A DNA stretch of 62,538 nucleotides, filler included, from Gonapodya sp. JEL0774 (taxonomy: Eukaryota): NCBI GenBank assembly GCA_027604505.1. It is 28 parts of 28 records of this genome, joined end to end, with 100 filler letters (N's around TTAATTAATTAA, not from the genome) between each part and the next. Parts side by side here need not be neighbours in the genome. Positions count along the whole stretch, not along the records: positions 58,193 to 60,317 come from JADIIX010002221.1; positions 60,418 to 62,538 come from JADIIX010002222.1; 26 more parts are not named here. One strand, given 5' to 3'. This document shows, one piece after another, positions 58,193-62,538 of this stretch. The notes under the pieces were generated by a model. It was not told the DNA's origin. It saw only the letters and a list, made by a program, of their open reading frames with translations, and did no database searches. Each line of letters begins with the position of its first letter. Within the stretch, counting starts at the first letter, position 1. The position numbers and the translations under genes are program-made.

Positions 58193-60317
58193 AGATATTC
58201 GTTTGGAGTTCCGACCACCTGGTGACTCTAGGGCAGATGCGCGTCGGGGAGTAAGTTCTTCCTCCGAATCCGGAGGTGTATCAACGTTCGAGCTGCGGTG
58301 TGGACTGCCGTCTGCGGCGCTCAAACGCTTGCCCGTGCTGCTACCGCCACTATGTAAGTCCTTTGGAGCCAGCGACTGGTTGCCCCACTTTGCAGTCGTC
58401 GCCCCTACCGTTCCGCCAGTGTCATGCTGACCCTGGTGGGACCCCCCGGGACCCGGTCCACGATACTTCCCGAACCCTTCCAGGTCCATCGGGCCTCTGG
58501 CTCCTTTCGGCATGCTCTCGTTTGATTTCGCACCTCGAACTGACTTGACCTCTGCAAGACCGCCCTGGTGAGATCCACGATTTGCCAATCGCCCGAGATT
58601 CTCCGCTGATGCAGTTTGACCAACGGGTCTACCGGGAGCTTCCAACCCCTGATCCCCATACCCGGAGCTATTCGCCGAAATTCTGCTGTGCCTGTGACTA
58701 CCGGACGCCGATTGAGTACCCGCCGACAGACGTTGGGCAGAAGGTGAGACGCCGGACCTCCGACGTGGTACATCTCCTGAGGCAGCGTCCCCACTTGTAC
58801 CACTCGTATCAGTAGGGTGGCGTTTTACAGACCTGTCACGTCCAGATGGCTTGTCCCTCCCGCCCGACTTGTCCCGTCCTACTGATTTATCTCTCCCCAC
58901 AGATTTGTCTCTCGCGACCGACTTGTCTCTTCCTCTCCCAGATGAAGACTTCTTCTTCTCCTTGTCCTTTTCCCTCCCAAAACCGTGCTCACTCTTCTTG
59001 CTCTTGCCACTCAAGGTCTTCTCTCTGCTCATGGTACTCATCCCCAAACTTCCCGATCCTGTGGGACCGCCGACGAGGGTCCCATACACGGACGATTCCG
59101 CTACACTCAAAACTTCATCGTTTCCATCGAAGGAGCGTCGGTTATACTCTGCTCCACCGTGGCTACGAGTGCTCGGTTCTCGACCGAGTCGGGACTTTGC
59201 CGAATGCTTGGAGGTGATTGATTCGGCACGATTATGTTTGGAAGTCATGGATCCAGCTCGGTCATGCTTTGATGTAATAGATCCGGTGCGACCGTGCTTG
59301 GAACTCAAACTCGCAGTCCGTCCAGGGTTGGAACTCATACTCCCTGTCCTCCCATGGCCCGTGTATGACACATACAGCGCAGCACCAACGGTCGTGGGCA
59401 TCGCCAATGAAGACAATGAGCCAGCCCTCTCAACTGTCACGCCAGAGGCGGAGGGATGTCGTCCCAACGGACCACCCAAGGCTGGAACAGCATGGGGAGG
59501 TACAGTATGGGGAACATTCGACGCATTCGAAACACTTCGGTTGAGGTGCGTCACGCCGGATTTGACCGACGTCGTCGAACGGGCGCCCAAAGATCGAAGC
59601 GAGGCTTTTCCAACGAGCGAAGTCTTCCCAGCTTCCACTGTGGCAGGAGCCCCGCCCCTGCCAGCACCGCCTTCCTCTCTTACATACTCCTCATCACTAA
59701 GAATGTCTTCCGAGTCTGGTCCTGACGGCAGGGCCGACTTGCCAGACCGCTCCGATGTTCTACTTGCAGCACTCCTCGCGCTGCTCGCATAGCCTCCTCG
59801 GGAAACACCGGTTCCGTGGGATCTGAATCCTCCAGAGCTTGCTTGGCTACGCATAGACCGGGCTCCGTACGAGAGCATGGAGCGGCGACGGCCGCCGGGA
59901 AGAGAATTGTAGTCCGAGTCCTCGTCACGGTATTTTTCTCGGTACGAGGACGGTGCTTCTGAGTGACTATAGTAGTCTACAGATTGATCGGGGTACCGTT
60001 TCCGGTAGATAGGTGTAGTTTGACAGAAACGGTAGTGGTTTTGGGTGATCATGGTGTGAGAACATCCAGTAGCATGGCACGAAGAGCAGTCACGCACCTT
60101 CTTCTTCTATCGCATCTTCCTCTTCGCTCTCTTCCTCGCTCTCTTCTTCGTCTTCCTCGTCCTCGTCCTCTTCTTCTTCCTCTTCTTCCTCTTCCAATTC
60201 CTCCTCCTGTTCATCCCCACTCGCACCTTCAACGTATCCGTAGTCTTCGGGACCTGTAGGCTCGTCTTCGTCGCCGTCAGCGTTGATATCACATCCCCAC
60301 AGACCAAAAAACTCCGC
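58193..60317 (-). CDS. Large disordered Ser/Gly/Arg-rich protein with acidic tract, internal part
   Basis: More than 600 open codons; upstream exon encodes a poly-E/D tract ending at a GTGCGT donor; internal peptide repeats. Confidence 0.7.
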
Positions 60318-60417
60318 NNNNNNNNNNNNNNNNNNNNNNNNNNNNNNNNNNNNNNNNNNNNTTAATTAATTAANNNNNNNNNNNNNNNNNNNNNNNNNNN
60401 NNNNNNNNNNNNNNNNN

Positions 60418-61769
60418 CATCCCCTCGAGCCGGCAAACTTGCTGGCCGTACATGGGAATTGGCGGTTGATTTGGCGAGCACGATGGAAGATACTGTAGAT
60501 GCGGATACGAATGAAAGTCGCGTGGCGACTAGAAGCAGGCTTGGACAGGTAGCGTGGCTTGGAAAAGACGCAGAGGCATCAAAGAAGTTTTGGGATGCAG
60601 CTGAGACTGATTGGCTGCCCCAAGTATTATCAGACTTGGTTGAAGTGAAGCTCAAGGGTACCGCCGAAGAGAAGGAGACAGCGCCAACTGTCATGGTGGC
60701 CGAGAATTTGGGGAAGACGTTTCGGAAATGGATGCTACTCAGTATGTTGAAAGAGAGAGGCGCCGTTATCGGCGAGATCCTCTGTGCACCTTTCCAATCG
60801 GGAGCATCGTTGGCTTGCAAATGCATTTTCGAGCCTCATCCTGCGAGTGACGTTCTCGAGCACCATCTAGAGGACATGTTATCTCCTAGCGAGAAAGCCG
60901 CAACTCCCTGGGCTGATGATATGATTGATTTTTCAGACGATTTACTGTCACTCGCACAAAACATCATGGAGGATGCAACGAGCAATAATGATGATTTCAC
61001 TGCATGGTACGCAAGTGTGTTGGGTGCCTTTGCAGCTTGGAGAAGGGAAGGAGGTGCTCCAACTAGTCAACCGGGTCCTTTTGAGGCGGAGGGCAACGAA
61101 ATGGCGTGGGCTTGCATCAGGTTGGCTAAGAAGACGCTGACTGATCATGGTGCTCCTGAGAGTGAAATTCTTCTGACCAGAAGGTTTCTAAATTTGGTTC
61201 TGATGGCTCGCCTTGCACAGCAGCAGGGCCGGGTAGATATGACACAGCGAGCGGTTCGAGGAGCTCAAGAGGTCACCGACAAACTCAGAACCATTCGAAC
61301 ACGAGGAAAAGAAGTTAGTAACGTGCAACTTCACATTTCGCGAGTTCTGGAGTATGTCGGTGGATCGTGGCATGTACAAGCTGCCTCTTGGTGTCGGATA
61401 GAGAGTCTTCGCATGCGACTTGCAAGGACGCTCACTCCACCGTTGTCCGACAATGAGGATGACCGAGATGATGGGAATAATATGGGACGAGATGAGGATC
61501 CGGTCACGTTTGATGCGAGTTTTAGGTCACGTCGTTCGAATGCATCGAGTACTGCATCTTCTGGAGTACGCCGCCGATATGATTCGGCCTTTTCCATGGC
61601 GCGTAAGAGCACTGGGCTGAAGGAAGATGGTGATTTTACCGTAATGGTTTTGGCGGCAACGGGTCACTTGCAACATTTACTACCGTTCATTGGAGGCATT
61701 GATAAGGCCATGGCTAACAGCTTCGCCGATTTAGCAAAACAACTTGAACGCCATACTCACGAATTGTAA
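60418..61769 (+). CDS. Hypothetical helical protein, C-terminal part
   Basis: 436-aa ORF open near the contig edge; no family confidently recognised. Confidence 0.7.
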
Positions 61770-62076
61770 CTCTTATTCTTCGTCGTCTGTATGGGAAGAG
61801 TGCATTATTACATAACATAGCAAGGGATAATTGGAGAATTTGAAATAGCGACATAAAGTTGTTAATTGTCTTCCAGCGAACCTGCTTACGCAGTCTGCTT
61901 GCTCACATAAAGTTCGTGGAGGCAACACAAGGATGACGAGGAGGTTAAATCTGGATTGTGAATAGAGGGCTGCACTGGTTTAATTCATGGCTGCAAAACG
62001 TACTCGAAACACGGATGACAATAATTACTCTGGTAAAATCTACGAAAGCGAGTTCAGAAAACACCTAGATATTTAG

Positions 62077-62495
62077 TTAATGTCCATCCCGTGACGCGGT
62101 ATCCATCATCACATGAGCCCTTACCGACGCCGCTGACAACACATTACGTTGCTGCGCCTTCTCATCCTCTATCTCACAACCCTGCTCACCCGAATGCGCT
62201 CCAAACGTTGTGAGACCCAGCCTCCTACCCGTCATTTTGTGCGCCTTTTCCTCGTCAACTCGTGTATGCCCTCCCTCCCTATCTCGCTCGCGAGTGTCCA
62301 ACTCAGCCCTGCGATACGTGACTGTGTCAGACACGTACTTTTGAAGTCGACCGTTGTTCCGTGCCCAAGGCTCCCTGGCAATTGTTTCACAGTACGCTAG
62401 GAACTGCCGATCTTCCGCCGTTCGTGAGGAAAGCTGAGTCTGGTCAAACTTGGAGACGACCGCGAGGGCCGCAGCTTCTTGAGCACGTTTGGCGT
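62077..62495 (-). CDS. Possible CFAP210/CCDC173-like ciliary coiled-coil protein, C-terminus
   Basis: AEDRQFLAYCETIAREPW followed after a short intron by TGRRLGLT, resembling the ExxxFxxY and RLGF-type terminal motifs of CFAP210 as I recall them. Confidence 0.35.
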
Positions 62496-62538
62496 CCTAT
62501 GCGATTGATTGATAGTAGCTCTACACACTTTTTTCCTG

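Noticed and set aside
58851..59792. 313-aa plus-strand ORF
   Set aside because: Antisense shadow of the 650-aa minus-strand ORF.
2153..60417. Regularly spaced TTAATTAATTAA repeats resembling an array
   Set aside because: Embedded in fixed N runs between size-sorted contigs; an artificial joiner, not CRISPR or a biological repeat.
60418..61769. SREBP C-terminal regulatory domain
   Set aside because: Only general helical and Trp resemblance; no diagnostic motif or bHLH visible.

Overview
This window is not one locus. It is a concatenation of 28 unrelated contigs of about 2.1 kb, sorted by decreasing length and joined by 27 artificial 100-nt spacers (N44-TTAATTAATTAA-N44), so adjacency across spacers means nothing. 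The DNA is eukaryotic, with many short GT-AG introns. Gene content (chitin deacetylase with CBM18 domains, fungal-type housekeeping genes, LAMTOR5, NTAQ1, a possible CFAP210-like ciliary gene) points to an early-diverging, probably zoosporic fungus (inference). Recognisable genes, mostly partial: cytochrome b5-fused acyl-CoA dehydrogenase, HEM13, AP180/ANTH, dienelactone hydrolase, LAMTOR5, NTAQ1, F-box proteins, CE4/CBM18, M13 peptidase, IQM-like protein, PTM1, aldo-keto reductase, YMC-like carrier, TKL kinase-Sel1, myotubularin, ADO1, a BVMO and YPP1/TTC7. Three contigs are nests of decayed LTR retrotransposons with very short LTRs, one with a half-tRNA primer site. The most striking object is an intact, six-intron integrase-chromodomain gene (40362-42494, minus) that looks like a Ginger-type DNA transposase or domesticated integrase rather than an LTR-element pol. 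Other candidates: three tandem pairs of uncharacterised genes, a GC-rich structured-RNA candidate (about 34395-34620) and CpG loss restricted to transposon contigs and the kinase-Sel1 gene body. All family calls come from motif recognition by eye; no searches were run.
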